The notes below the pieces were generated by a model that was not told the origin of the DNA, ran no database searches, and saw only the letters and a program-made list of their open reading frames with translations. From Niallia tiangongensis (lineage in GTDB: Bacteria; Bacillota; Bacilli; Bacillales; Cytobacillaceae): a stretch of DNA of 24,000 bases. This document shows positions 8,070-17,380 of the stretch, in pieces. Both the position numbers and the translations under genes were made by a program. The stretch's first letter is position 1, and each line of letters opens with the position of its first letter. The stretch spans positions 4,660,031-4,684,030 of the forward strand of contig NZ_CP162613.1 of assembly GCF_044704065.1 (NCBI RefSeq), read 5' to 3'.

Positions 8070-8945
8070 TTACTCCCCAAACGCAAGCTGATAGTTATAA
8101 ACAGCACCAATTAAATTTGCATCATTCCTGAATTGGCATAATTCCACTTCTGGAAGAAAGGAGGCAACTTTAACGCTTTTCACTACTTTTTCGAGGTGAG
8201 CATTTAACTCGCCGATTAGGCCCTCTTTGCTGGAGATTCCACCGCCAATGATGATTTTCTCAGGGTCAAAGCTGTACTGGAGATTATAGATGCCTGTTGC
8301 TAAATAGTGATAGAAGGTTTCTACTTCCTCTTTTGCCACCGCATCACCTTGTTCTGCGAGCTCAAATACTTCCTTGCCGCTTAATTCAGTCTCCAGCTCC
8401 AGTCGCTTGGAATAACGCTTCGCCATTCGGACAGGGGTAGCAAGTGTACTGAATGTTTGATCATCTTTAAGGAGCATAAAGCCAAATTCGCCGCCAAATA
8501 GATGCTTGCCGTGTTGAATTTTCCCATCGACGATAACTGCACCGCCTATTCCAGTGCCGATGACTACAAATAGCACATTCTTTAATCCAGTTGCTGCTCC
8601 TCGCCAAACCTCTGCAAGTCCTGCACAGTTTGCATCATTTTCCATCGTGACTGGGCAATCAAACAGTTCTTCTAGTTCGAAAACTATAGGAAAGTGGTGA
8701 ATATACGGAACAGCGCTTGCTCCTTCAATCACGCCTTTTGCTTGATTTACGGCACCTGGAGCACTGAATGCAACGCCCTCAATCGTATATTCCGCTGCCA
8801 TTTTTTCTTTTAGCTGGAGCATTTCTCGTTTCATCTCTTCCCAAGTTTTCGGTGTAACAAAGGAGCCTTTGTCCACTAGCTGTTCTTTTTCCCATACTGC
8901 AAACTTTACGGAAGACCCGCCTATATCCATTACTAATAAAGACAT
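8070..8945 (-). CDS. ROK-family sugar kinase (glucokinase or beta-glucoside kinase-like)
   Basis: MSLLVMDIGGSSVKFAVW; CPVTMENDANCAGLAE; LFVVIGTGIGGAVIVDGKI; FGGEFGFM. Confidence 0.9.
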   Translation of the reverse strand: MSLLVMDIGGSSVKFAVWEKEQLVDKGSFVTPKTWEEMKREMLQLKEKMAAEYTIEGVAFSAPGAVNQAKGVIEGASAVPYIHHFPIVFELEELFDCPVTMENDANCAGLAEVWRGAATGLKNVLFVVIGTGIGGAVIVDGKIQHGKHLFGGEFGFMLLKDDQTFSTLATPVRMAKRYSKRLELETELSGKEVFELAEQGDAVAKEEVETFYHYLATGIYNLQYSFDPEKIIIGGGISSKEGLIGELNAHLEKVVKSVKVASFLPEVELCQFRNDANLIGAVYNYQLAFGE

Positions 8946-9043
8946 TTTATCACCACCTCATTTATGTCTGCGCTTTCAATCCTATTATAGCCTGTAATAA
9001 AAGACCACCGCAAAGAATGTGCGATGATCTTCGTAAAATATTA

Positions 9044-10432
9044 TTAAAACCCGTTATTTTCACTTACTTCTTTGATCCAATGACCAGACTTCTTAATTGT
9101 CTTCACTTGTGTATGGATATTGTTAGAGATAAATCCATAGCGATTGCGATACGCATTCATCCAGCTCCAGCAATCAATTGGCGTCCACAAATGATAGCCG
9201 TAGCAATTAGAGCCTTCTTCGATTCCTTTATGAAGCCACTCTAAATGCTCTTGGATAAATTCGATACGATAATCGTCCTCGATTACGCCTTCTTCATTTA
9301 AAAAGCGTTCTTCTCGGGAAACACCCATTCCATTTTCAGAAACGAACCACTCAATATTTTTATAATTATCACGGATATTAAGGGCGATATCATAAAGTGC
9401 CTTCGGATAGATTTCCCAGCCCTTATCTAAATTCATGCGGCGACCAGGCATATCATAGTTATCAAAGTAACGGTCTGGCATCCAGTCTCCCACACTATTC
9501 GGCGCAACATCTGGCGCTTTTACACGAGATGGATGATAGAAATTCACCCCAAGTGTATCAATCGTATTTTCTTTTAATATCGCAAGCTCTTCTTCTGTTG
9601 ATTCCCAAATCGCTTTATCTTTTGTCAAAAGCTCTACTAATGCAGGTGGGAATTCCCCATAAACAGCTGCATGCAGGAACATTTCATTGCGCCACAGGTC
9701 GGCAGTTTGGCCTGCTTCCACGTCTTCTGGCTTATCACTTGCTGGATATGAAGGCGTTAAGTTTAGGATTGTTCCGATTTTTGCCCCTGTTTCATTCAAC
9801 TTCAGGTCACGGAATTCTTTAATGGCTTTTGCAGAAGCAAGATTTAGATTATAAGCTACTTGCACCGCTTTTTTCCCATTTACTAGTTTTGGATAATGGA
9901 ATTGATATAAATATTGACCTTCCACAATTACCATTGGCTCATTAAAAGTAAACCAATGTTTCACACGATCACCGAATAACTCAAAGCAACGTCGCGCAAA
10001 TTTTGCGAAAAGATCAACGACATGCTTAGACTCCCAGCCACCATATTTATGATAAAGCTCTGCTGGCAAATCAAAATGATGTAGGTTAAATACAGGAGTA
10101 ATACCTTGTTTAATAAATTCATCAATGACATTATTATAAAAATTCACGCCATCCTCATTTAAACTAGCTGTTTCGAAATCATCAATTAAACGAGTCCATT
10201 GAATCGAAGTACGGACAGAGTTTAAGTTGATTTCTTTCATTAGCGCAATATCTTCTACGTAGCTATTATAAAAATTAGATGCTGTGTCTGGTCCAACTTG
10301 GTTATAAAATACTTCTGGCTCTACTTCATACCAGTAGTCAAAAACGTTCGCATGCTGTTTATTAAAACGACCTTCACTTTGTGGTCCAGACGTAGCTGCA
10401 CCCCACCAAAAATTCTCCGGAAATTTCTTCAT
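9044..10432 (-). CDS. Glycoside hydrolase family 1, probable 6-phospho-beta-glucosidase
   Basis: MKKFPENFWWGAATSGPQSEG; HFDLPAEL; WFTFNEP; WFVSENGMGV; YGYHLWTPIDCWSWMNAYRNRYGFI. Start revised to 10432, preceded by AAGGAG; the track start at 10519 is upstream. Confidence 0.92.
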   Translation of the reverse strand: MKKFPENFWWGAATSGPQSEGRFNKQHANVFDYWYEVEPEVFYNQVGPDTASNFYNSYVEDIALMKEINLNSVRTSIQWTRLIDDFETASLNEDGVNFYNNVIDEFIKQGITPVFNLHHFDLPAELYHKYGGWESKHVVDLFAKFARRCFELFGDRVKHWFTFNEPMVIVEGQYLYQFHYPKLVNGKKAVQVAYNLNLASAKAIKEFRDLKLNETGAKIGTILNLTPSYPASDKPEDVEAGQTADLWRNEMFLHAAVYGEFPPALVELLTKDKAIWESTEEELAILKENTIDTLGVNFYHPSRVKAPDVAPNSVGDWMPDRYFDNYDMPGRRMNLDKGWEIYPKALYDIALNIRDNYKNIEWFVSENGMGVSREERFLNEEGVIEDDYRIEFIQEHLEWLHKGIEEGSNCYGYHLWTPIDCWSWMNAYRNRYGFISNNIHTQVKTIKKSGHWIKEVSENNGF

Positions 10433-10525
10433 TATTCTATCTCCTTTATCTTTTGTCGTTGAGTCTTCTAATCTAGTAATTTTTATTTCGTTCATACTCT
10501 TTCCTGTTATCGTTTTCATTATAAT

Positions 10526-10554
10526 GTATATACTTAAAAATGTAAATGTCTAGA
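10526..10554. promoter_or_regulatory. Candidate operator region upstream of the GH1 gene
   Basis: Two short palindromes: GTATATAC (10526-10533) and TCTAGA (10549-10554), centres 22 bp apart. Confidence 0.3.
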
Positions 10555-10687
10555 TTAATTTTCACTTTATAAAAATCATAGTTGGTGGTAAAGGGGTTTT
10601 GAGGTCCTATTTTAGAAAGGTTAGGTAGGATTTACTTGGTAGGTGTAATTTTTTTTGTGGAATTTGATATTGGATTGTGGTGGGGTG

Positions 10688-10985
10688 GAGTTTATTTGCG
10701 GTTTTAAATCTTTTATTTGCGGCTTTTCCCTCTTTATTTGCTAGTTTCGCCATTTTACTTGCGGCTTTTACACTTTTACTTGCAGCTCTTACACTTTCTT
10801 GCAACTTTCTCACGTTTACTTGCAGCTTTTACACTTTCACTTGCGACTCACGCACTTTTACTTGCAACTTCTACCCTTTTACTTGCGACTCTTACACTTT
10901 TACTTGCAACTCCCACACTTTTACTTGCAACTCCCACACTTTTACTTGCAACTCCCACACTTTTACTTGCAACTCTCCCCAATTC
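10688..10985. repeat. 21-bp tandem repeat array, about 14 units (same family A)
   Basis: TTTTACTTGCAACTCCCACAC and variants. Three consecutive near-identical units lie at the right end, more diverged units at the left. Confidence 0.95.
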
Positions 10986-11104
10986 CCTTCACCTCCATCA
11001 ACCCAAAACCCAACAATCTTTAAGAAAAAACCGGAATTAATGTATATCTGCGGAATTGTCTGCATTTCTTAGAAGTAACAGATTTTCAATTAAAGGGGGA
11101 CTCT

Positions 11105-12226
11105 ATGGTGGGACGACATTCGAAGAAGTTAATGGTGGTAGAGGCGGTAAAGGATTGGGTGATGGAAGGGAGAGTGAAGCCGGGGGAGCGGATTTATTCG
11201 GAGTATGAGCTTTCTAAACTGTTTGATGTGAGCAGGAATACGGTTCGCTTAGCGATTGGGGAGCTTGTGGATGATGGGTGGCTTTATCGGGAGCCGGGTG
11301 TTGGCACTTTTTGTGGGGAGCCTTTTGCTAGTAAAATAGGGGATAACCGAACGAATGGGAAGAATATTGGGGTGATGGCAACGTATATTTCCGATTATAT
11401 TTTCCCATCAATCATTCGTGGAATGGAGAGCTATTTGAAGGATAGAGGCTACTCCTTAACAGTAGTTTGTACGGAAAATGATCATGCCAAAGAACGCCTA
11501 TGTATTCGGAATCTCCTTGATTTGAAAATGGATGGACTTATTTTGGAGCCTACGAAAAGCAGTCAATTTAATCCCAATATGGACTATTATCTGGAGCTGG
11601 AGGAACGTAATATTCCGTATGTGATGATTAATCAGTTTTATTCGCAGCTTTCTCCTTTTCATTTCATCATGGATGATGTCAAAGGTGGATATATGGCGAC
11701 AGATCATCTGCTTCAGCTTGGTCATGAACAAATTCTAGGCATCTTTAAATCGGATGATTTGCAGGGAGTCAATCGGATGAAGGGCTTTTTGCAGGCGATG
11801 CGAAATGGGAAGCTTCCGATTGTTCCAGAGCTTTTAGTAACCTTTACTACGGAACAGTTAAGCGATGATTTTGAAGAAAGATTATTGAATACGCTTACAA
11901 ATAAGAAGACGATGCCAACTGCGATTGTTTGTTACAATGATCTCGTCGCACGATCTGCATTAAAGGTTTTACAAAAATTACAATTATCCGTACCAGAGGA
12001 TGTCTCCCTTATCGGTTTTGATGATTCTTCTTTAGCAGAAGAAATAAACCTAACAACCATGGCTCATCCCAAAAGCCGTATGGGAATCGATGCCGCTAAA
12101 TCTATACTTGCAGCTATAGAGGGAAAAGAACTCGATCCATTAGAGACTTCAACTATTTACGAACCAGAATTAATCGTACGTTCATCGACCGACGTCGTTA
12201 AAAAGAACAGATCCGCAGTGTTTTGA
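11105..12226 (+). CDS. GntR/LacI-hybrid transcriptional repressor (AraR-like architecture)
   Basis: N-terminal GntR wHTH (KVKPGERIYSEYELSKLFDVSRNTVRLAIGELVDDGWLYREPGVGTF) plus LacI-type periplasmic-binding-like domain (KNIGVMATYISDYIFPSIIRGME...ATDHLLQLGHEQILGI...VSLIGFDDSSLAE). Confidence 0.9.
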   Translation: MVGRHSKKLMVVEAVKDWVMEGRVKPGERIYSEYELSKLFDVSRNTVRLAIGELVDDGWLYREPGVGTFCGEPFASKIGDNRTNGKNIGVMATYISDYIFPSIIRGMESYLKDRGYSLTVVCTENDHAKERLCIRNLLDLKMDGLILEPTKSSQFNPNMDYYLELEERNIPYVMINQFYSQLSPFHFIMDDVKGGYMATDHLLQLGHEQILGIFKSDDLQGVNRMKGFLQAMRNGKLPIVPELLVTFTTEQLSDDFEERLLNTLTNKKTMPTAIVCYNDLVARSALKVLQKLQLSVPEDVSLIGFDDSSLAEEINLTTMAHPKSRMGIDAAKSILAAIEGKELDPLETSTIYEPELIVRSSTDVVKKNRSAVF

Positions 12227-12246
12227 CACATGCGGATCCTCGGCTA

Positions 12247-13299
12247 CTATAAAATAACTTTTCCTATTAATCCACTGATAATACCTAATACAACAACGGA
12301 AAGACTTACAAATACGAGCACTTTCCTTGGGAAGGATTTCGCTACGATCAATAAGGATGGCAAGCTAATGCTTGGTAATGTAATAAGCAAGGCTGCAGCT
12401 GGTCCTGCGCCAAGCCCCATCAGCATTAAGGTTTGAATAATTGGGATTTCTGCTGCCGTTGGAATAACGAACAGCATTCCAGCAATGGCAAAAATCAGGA
12501 TAGCGATTAAACTATTAGACATGCTGTCACTTAATTGTGGGAAAATCCAAAATCGTGCAGCTCCTAAAATTAAAACAGACAAAACATACGCCGGAACGAC
12601 ATAAAGAACCATGCTTCCTAAAGAAGTAAGCCATCTTTTCATAAAGGAACGCTTATCCTCTTCTGCATCTTCTAGTAATTTATCAACAGATACAGTTGGC
12701 GTATCTTTCACAAAGCGATTAGCGAGATAGCTAATGCCAAACGTTAAAACTAGTCCAATCACAAGACGTAATAATGTAAACTTCCAAGAAAGGACAAAGG
12801 TCATAAAAATTAAGGTTGCTGGATTGATAGTCGGGTTCCCTATCCAAAAAGCTAAACTTGCGCCGACGGAAGCATTTTTTTTGCGAAGTCCAACTGCAAC
12901 TGGCGCGGCACAGCAAGTACACATCATCCCTGGAATGGATGCAAGTCCTGCAGCTGCTGTACTGCCAAAGCTAGTTTTCCCTAGAACCTTCAGCAACCAC
13001 CCCGACGGTAACAGCACTTGAACAAGGGATCCAAGCAGAATACCTAAAACTGCTGCTTTCCATACAGATTGGAAGTAGGCAACGGTATAATTTACTGCCG
13101 CATTCCAAGTAAAAGTGTTTGAAATCTGATCTTGGAGAATCGAATCTCCAATAGAATGTGTTTGAAAAGAAAGGATCGCTTTATGATAATAAGGCCACCA
13201 TTTCACATAAGTAAGACCAATTACCGTAACTACTATAAATAGAAAAGCGAACCAAAACGTTCTTTTTTGGCTTGATTGCTCCTCTGTTAACGTACTCAT
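12247..13299 (-). CDS. YraQ/DUF318-type permease
   Basis: Multi-TM protein with GMMCTCCAAPVAVGLRKKNASVGASLAFWIGNPTINPATLIFM, the family's Cys- and NP-containing core. Start preferred at 13299 (RBS AAGGTG). Confidence 0.82.
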   Translation of the reverse strand: MSTLTEEQSSQKRTFWFAFLFIVVTVIGLTYVKWWPYYHKAILSFQTHSIGDSILQDQISNTFTWNAAVNYTVAYFQSVWKAAVLGILLGSLVQVLLPSGWLLKVLGKTSFGSTAAAGLASIPGMMCTCCAAPVAVGLRKKNASVGASLAFWIGNPTINPATLIFMTFVLSWKFTLLRLVIGLVLTFGISYLANRFVKDTPTVSVDKLLEDAEEDKRSFMKRWLTSLGSMVLYVVPAYVLSVLILGAARFWIFPQLSDSMSNSLIAILIFAIAGMLFVIPTAAEIPIIQTLMLMGLGAGPAAALLITLPSISLPSLLIVAKSFPRKVLVFVSLSVVVLGIISGLIGKVIL

Positions 13300-13497
13300 C
13301 TCTTTCACCTTCGATATCATTAAATTAAGTGCGATTAAATTATATCACATATTTATTTTTAGACACTCGAAAAAGATTTAACCTCCTTTTTTTCCCATCC
13401 AATCTACATAGCATGCATTGAGCTTCCCATTGCTTTATAATAGATAATGAAGCTTATAAAAAAATATTTATTTTACTAGAAAGAAGGTTGGTGTCAT

Positions 13498-14547
13498 ATG
13501 ACACAGTCTTATTCCGTTAAACTTACATCTTTATCTTCCAAAGGAGGCTGCGGCTGTAAAATTGGACCTGCTGATTTATCTGAAGTGATTCGTACCCTTC
13601 CACCAGCTGAAAAAAATCCAAATCTTCTTGTTGGCTTAGATACAAGCGATGATGCTGGCGTATACAAGCTTACAGATGATTTAGCGATTGTCCAAACCGT
13701 TGATTTTTTCACACCGATTGTGGATGATCCCTATTCATTCGGACAAATTGCTGCGGCAAATGCCTTAAGTGATATATATGCAATGGGCGGCAAACCATTA
13801 ACTGCCTTAAATATTGTTGCTTTCCCTATTACTGTATTGGAAAAAGAAATTCTGGCTGATATTATGCGCGGAGCCGGCGATAAAGTAAAAGAAGCTGGAG
13901 CTACACTTGTTGGCGGTCATTCTATCGATGATAAAGAGCCTAAATTTGGTCTTGCTGTCACTGGTACCATTCATCCAGATAAAGTCCGTACAAATGCAGG
14001 AGCTAAGCCTTCTGATAAACTAATTTTAACAAAGCCAATTGGTGTCGGCATTTTAACTACTTCTATTAAAAGAGGCCTTTTGACAACAGAAGAAATTGAT
14101 CGTGTTACGAAAGTTATGGCTACACTAAATAAGAAGGCTGCTGAAGTGATGGAAGCTTATGAGGTGCATGCTTGTACGGATGTCACTGGATTTGGACTTC
14201 TTGGACATGCTTCTGAAATGGCAAAAGGAAGCAATACCACTATTAAAATCGCGTCCAATCAAGTTCCTGTTCTTCCTCGTGTAAAAGAACTAGCACAAGA
14301 AGGCGTTATTCCTGGTGGTACGAAAAATAACTTTGCTCATTTAGAAGGCGATGTTACTTTCTCTTCTGAATTGGATGAAATCGATCAATTGATTTTATGC
14401 GATGCGGTAACCTCTGGTGGATTGTTGATCTCCGTTAAAGGCAACCAAGCAGATTCATTGCTGCAAGAATTAGTTGATGCTGGCGTAGAAGCTGCCATCA
14501 TTGGTGACGTCACAGACGAGAGCCCTGGCCATATTTTTGTTGGGTAA
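13498..14547 (+). CDS. selD: Selenide, water dikinase (selenophosphate synthetase), Cys form
   Basis: LSSKGGCGCKIGPADL; LLVGLDTSDDAGVYKL; DFFTPIVDDPYSFGQIAAANALSDIYAMGG; THPD-like and GLLGHASEM motifs. Active-site codons TGC/TGT are Cys. Confidence 0.96.
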   Translation: MTQSYSVKLTSLSSKGGCGCKIGPADLSEVIRTLPPAEKNPNLLVGLDTSDDAGVYKLTDDLAIVQTVDFFTPIVDDPYSFGQIAAANALSDIYAMGGKPLTALNIVAFPITVLEKEILADIMRGAGDKVKEAGATLVGGHSIDDKEPKFGLAVTGTIHPDKVRTNAGAKPSDKLILTKPIGVGILTTSIKRGLLTTEEIDRVTKVMATLNKKAAEVMEAYEVHACTDVTGFGLLGHASEMAKGSNTTIKIASNQVPVLPRVKELAQEGVIPGGTKNNFAHLEGDVTFSSELDEIDQLILCDAVTSGGLLISVKGNQADSLLQELVDAGVEAAIIGDVTDESPGHIFVG

Positions 14548-14565
14548 GAGAAAGGCGGAGCTACC

Positions 14566-15627
14566 TTGTTTCAAGATATAACGATTGAACGATTATTTGA
14601 ATTACGGGAGAAAAAAGAATTTTCCTTAGTGGATGTTCGCTCTCCCTCTGAATTTCATGAGCATTCCATTCCAGGCAGTATTAATATTCCACTTTTTACA
14701 GATGAAGAAAGAGCAGAGGTTGGAACAATTTATAAACAAGTCAGCGTAGAAGCAGCAAAGGCTCGTGGCTTGGAAATTGTTTCAGCCAAGCTGCCTGCTT
14801 TCATCCAATCATTCCAGGAACTATCCAGAGATGTAGTGGTCTTCTGCTGGCGCGGCGGAATGCGTAGCAAAACAGCGGCAACGCTTATCGATTTAGTGGG
14901 TGTGCATAGCTACCGCTTGCAAGGTGGATTCCGCACGTATCGCAGGTGGGTCATTCACAAACTAGATACAATGGAAATGGCTCAAGAAGCAATCGTGTTA
15001 AATGGCTATACTGGTTCCAATAAAACCGTGATTCTGCAGCAATTAAAACAAGAAGGACTTCCTGTTCTCGAATTGGAAGGAATGGCGAATCACCGTGGGT
15101 CGATCTTCGGACAAATTGGCCTAAAGCCTAACAATCAGAAAACATTTGATTCCTTACTTGTCGGCGAAATCGAAAAGCTGCCCCCTTCTCCCTATTTTTT
15201 AATGGAAGGAGAAAGCAAGCGCATCGGAAAAGTATTGCTGCCAGACTTTCTTTTGAAAAAAAAGGAGTATGGTGCGCAGCTCTTTATCCATATGCCAATC
15301 GAGGAGAGAGTCCAGCATATATTAGCAGACTATTCTCCATGGGATCATCACGACGAATGTGTAGAAGCATTTCAGCTAATAAAGCGACGCATTCACACAC
15401 CAGCTGCCGCTAAAATAGAAGAAGCATTGCAGACCGAAAATTACGCCGAGGCCGTCGCACTGCTGCTAACCTATTACTACGATCCACTTTACGAAAGAAC
15501 GGCAATGCAATACAAAGATGAACAAACAATCGACTTATATGTAAAAAACACAGAGGATGCGATTGCCAAAGTAAAAGAATTTTGGCAAAAGAAAAGTCGC
15601 ACTGCACAGAAAAGCGAAGTTAACTAG
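14566..15627 (+). CDS. mnmH: tRNA 2-selenouridine synthase
   Basis: Rhodanese domain (FSLVDVRSPSEFHEHSIPGSINIPL...VVVFCWRGGMRSKTAATL) followed by P-loop (LNGYTGSNKTVIL). TTG start with GGCGGAG upstream; immediately after selD. Confidence 0.95.
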   Translation: MFQDITIERLFELREKKEFSLVDVRSPSEFHEHSIPGSINIPLFTDEERAEVGTIYKQVSVEAAKARGLEIVSAKLPAFIQSFQELSRDVVVFCWRGGMRSKTAATLIDLVGVHSYRLQGGFRTYRRWVIHKLDTMEMAQEAIVLNGYTGSNKTVILQQLKQEGLPVLELEGMANHRGSIFGQIGLKPNNQKTFDSLLVGEIEKLPPSPYFLMEGESKRIGKVLLPDFLLKKKEYGAQLFIHMPIEERVQHILADYSPWDHHDECVEAFQLIKRRIHTPAAAKIEEALQTENYAEAVALLLTYYYDPLYERTAMQYKDEQTIDLYVKNTEDAIAKVKEFWQKKSRTAQKSEVN

Positions 15628-15655
15628 CACTCTGTTGGTTTTTGCGGTAAGAGTG

Positions 15656-15696
15656 AGCTTTACTGCTTGTTTTTGGACAAGCGGTAGAGCTTTTTT
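15656..15696 (+). terminator. Rho-independent terminator after mnmH
   Basis: AGCTTTACTGCTTGT-tttgg-ACAAGCGGTAGAGCT-TTTTTT: about 15-bp stem allowing G-U pairs. Confidence 0.93.
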
Positions 15697-15729
15697 GTTG
15701 TTATGGATTGGTGAGAGTTGCAGTTACAA

Positions 15730-15919
15730 TCTGAAAGTTTGGTTCTATTGTCTAAAGGTTTGGTTTATGATCTAAAGTTTTCGGTTATGTGCCAAACTTT
15801 TCGGTTTATGCGCCAAAATTTTCGGTTATGCGCCAAAATTTCGGTTTATGTGCCAAAATTTTCGGTTATTGTCCAAACTCTCTACTTTATGAGCCAAAAT
15901 TTCGGTTATTGTCCAAACT
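15730..15919. repeat. 20/21-bp AT-rich degenerate tandem repeat array, about 9 units (family B)
   Basis: Units of type GCCAAAATTTTCGGTTATGC / GCCAAACTTTTCGGTTTATGC / TCCAAACTCTCTACTTTATGA. Confidence 0.9.
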
Positions 15920-16067
15920 CATCCCCCTCAGCTTTTGATTAAAGGCACAAGCAAAAAGTAGTTCATCAAACGAACGAAAACCACTTTCCCCACCATCCTC
16001 CTAATAAATAGCTTTCATCCTCCAAATAAATCCCACCTTTCCCACAATCCCCCCCCAAAAAAACACA

Positions 16068-16115
16068 AAAAAAACACCTCTCAAATGTAGATATCCCTAC
16101 ACTCAAAAGGCGTTT
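16068..16115 (-). terminator. Rho-independent terminator after galU
   Basis: Reverse strand AACGCCTTTTGAGTGTAG-ggatat-CTACATTTGAGAGGTGTTTTTTT. Confidence 0.75.
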
Positions 16116-16120
16116 CATTC

Positions 16121-17017
16121 TTATAAAACTTTGATTTTATCTAAATCAGATTTATCAAGTACTTGCTTCATATATTCAAGAATTTCTTCTCTCATTTCAT
16201 CACGTTGCAGTGCAAATTCTAATGTTGTTTTTACGAATCCTACCGTTTCGCCAACATCATAACGATCTCCTTCGAAATCATAAGCAAAGACGCGTTGAAT
16301 TTGGTTTAATTGTTGGATAGCATCTGTTAATTGGATTTCTCCGCCTGCACCTGTTTGTTGCTTTTCCAAGTACATGAAGATTTCTGGTGTTAACACATAG
16401 CGACCCATGATTGCTAAGTTAGATGGAGCTGTTCCAGGTGCTGGTTTTTCAATGAAATTGTTAACCTGGTATCTTCTTCCTTCGCTATCGCTTGGATCCA
16501 CAATTCCGTAACGATGTGTTTCATTGTCCGGTACTGTTTGAACACCAATAACAGAAGCATGTGTTTCTTCATACTGGTCAATTAATTGTTTTAAGCAAGG
16601 TGTATCGCTTTGTACGATATCGTCACCAAGTAGAACAGCAAATGGCTCATCACCGATAAAGCTTTTCGCACACCAAACGGCATGTCCTAAGCCTTTTGGT
16701 TCTTTTTGTCTAATATAATGAATATCTGCAAGATTAGAGGAATATTGAACTTTTTCAAGCAATTCAAATTTCTCTTTATCACGAAGGTTTTGTTCTAATT
16801 CGTGGGCGTAATCGAAGTGATCTTCAATCGCTCTTTTTCCTTTACCAGTAACGATAATAATATCTTCAATACCAGAAGCAATTGCTTCTTCTACAATATA
16901 TTGAATAGTAGGTTTATCGACAATTGGTAACATTTCTTTCGGCATTGCTTTCGTTGCTGGCAAAAATCTAGTTCCTAGACCAGCGGCTGGAATGATCGCT
17001 TTTCTTACTTTTTTCAA
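16121..17017 (-). CDS. galU: UTP--glucose-1-phosphate uridylyltransferase
   Basis: [48 protein letters not shown]...; TTG start at 17017 preceded by AAAGGAGG. Equivalent to gtaB in Bacillus nomenclature. Confidence 0.96.
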   Translation of the reverse strand: MKKVRKAIIPAAGLGTRFLPATKAMPKEMLPIVDKPTIQYIVEEAIASGIEDIIIVTGKGKRAIEDHFDYAHELEQNLRDKEKFELLEKVQYSSNLADIHYIRQKEPKGLGHAVWCAKSFIGDEPFAVLLGDDIVQSDTPCLKQLIDQYEETHASVIGVQTVPDNETHRYGIVDPSDSEGRRYQVNNFIEKPAPGTAPSNLAIMGRYVLTPEIFMYLEKQQTGAGGEIQLTDAIQQLNQIQRVFAYDFEGDRYDVGETVGFVKTTLEFALQRDEMREEILEYMKQVLDKSDLDKIKVL

Positions 17018-17352
17018 GTTATTTCCTCCTTTAGGCAATTCACTTTATGATTATACCATTTTTTTGCTAAAAAGGAACTCTAATCCGTATTTACTATTGG
17101 TGAATTTTTTACAAGACCTACAGAAAGACGTTCTATATTACGTCCAAATAAAAAAGAAAAACTAGATAATATTTTTAAAAACGTTCTTAATAACGTACAT
17201 CTATCATATCACTTTTATGTTTCATTGAAAATAGTTTTATATGTATTTTTATATAAGCTTATCATCTTTTACAATTTTTTGTCAAATAAGCTTATACTTT
17301 CTCCTTTCCCAAACACGAATAGAATGTTCAGAAAACTTTATTCAAGCATACA

Positions 17353-17380
17353 AAAAAGAGTTGTAATTACAACCCTTTTT
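17353..17380. terminator. Terminator downstream of the YdhK-like gene
   Basis: AAAAAAGAGTTGTAATTACAACCCTTTTTT, a near-perfect inverted repeat with T/A tracts. Confidence 0.85.

Noticed and set aside
7454-8131. Protein-coding ORFs 7454..8131, 7531..7770 and 7644..7958
   Set aside because: They come from the stop-free 21-bp repeat in three overlapping frames and encode low-complexity Leu/Phe/Cys repeats (FLLQLHH, FFLRLCL) without convincing start contexts.
4051-10519. Novel sugar-catabolic island or biosynthetic cluster
   Set aside because: The oxidoreductase, aldo/keto reductase, ROK kinase and GH1 genes are common metabolic genes separated by spacers or terminators. Only ROK-GH1 and the divergent regulator look functionally linked.
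10607-11072. ORFs 10677..11072, 10717..11040, 10799..11023 (+) and 10607..10813 (-)
   Set aside because: All are explained by the 21-bp array. The reverse ORF's AASK/ANK pattern is the same repeat read on the other strand.
13498-14547. Selenocysteine-containing SelD
   Set aside because: The active-site segment GGCTGCGGCTGTAAA encodes Cys codons only, with no in-frame TGA.
15718-15942. ORF 15718..15942 as a small protein
   Set aside because: It is generated by the 20/21-bp AT-rich array, with no RBS support.
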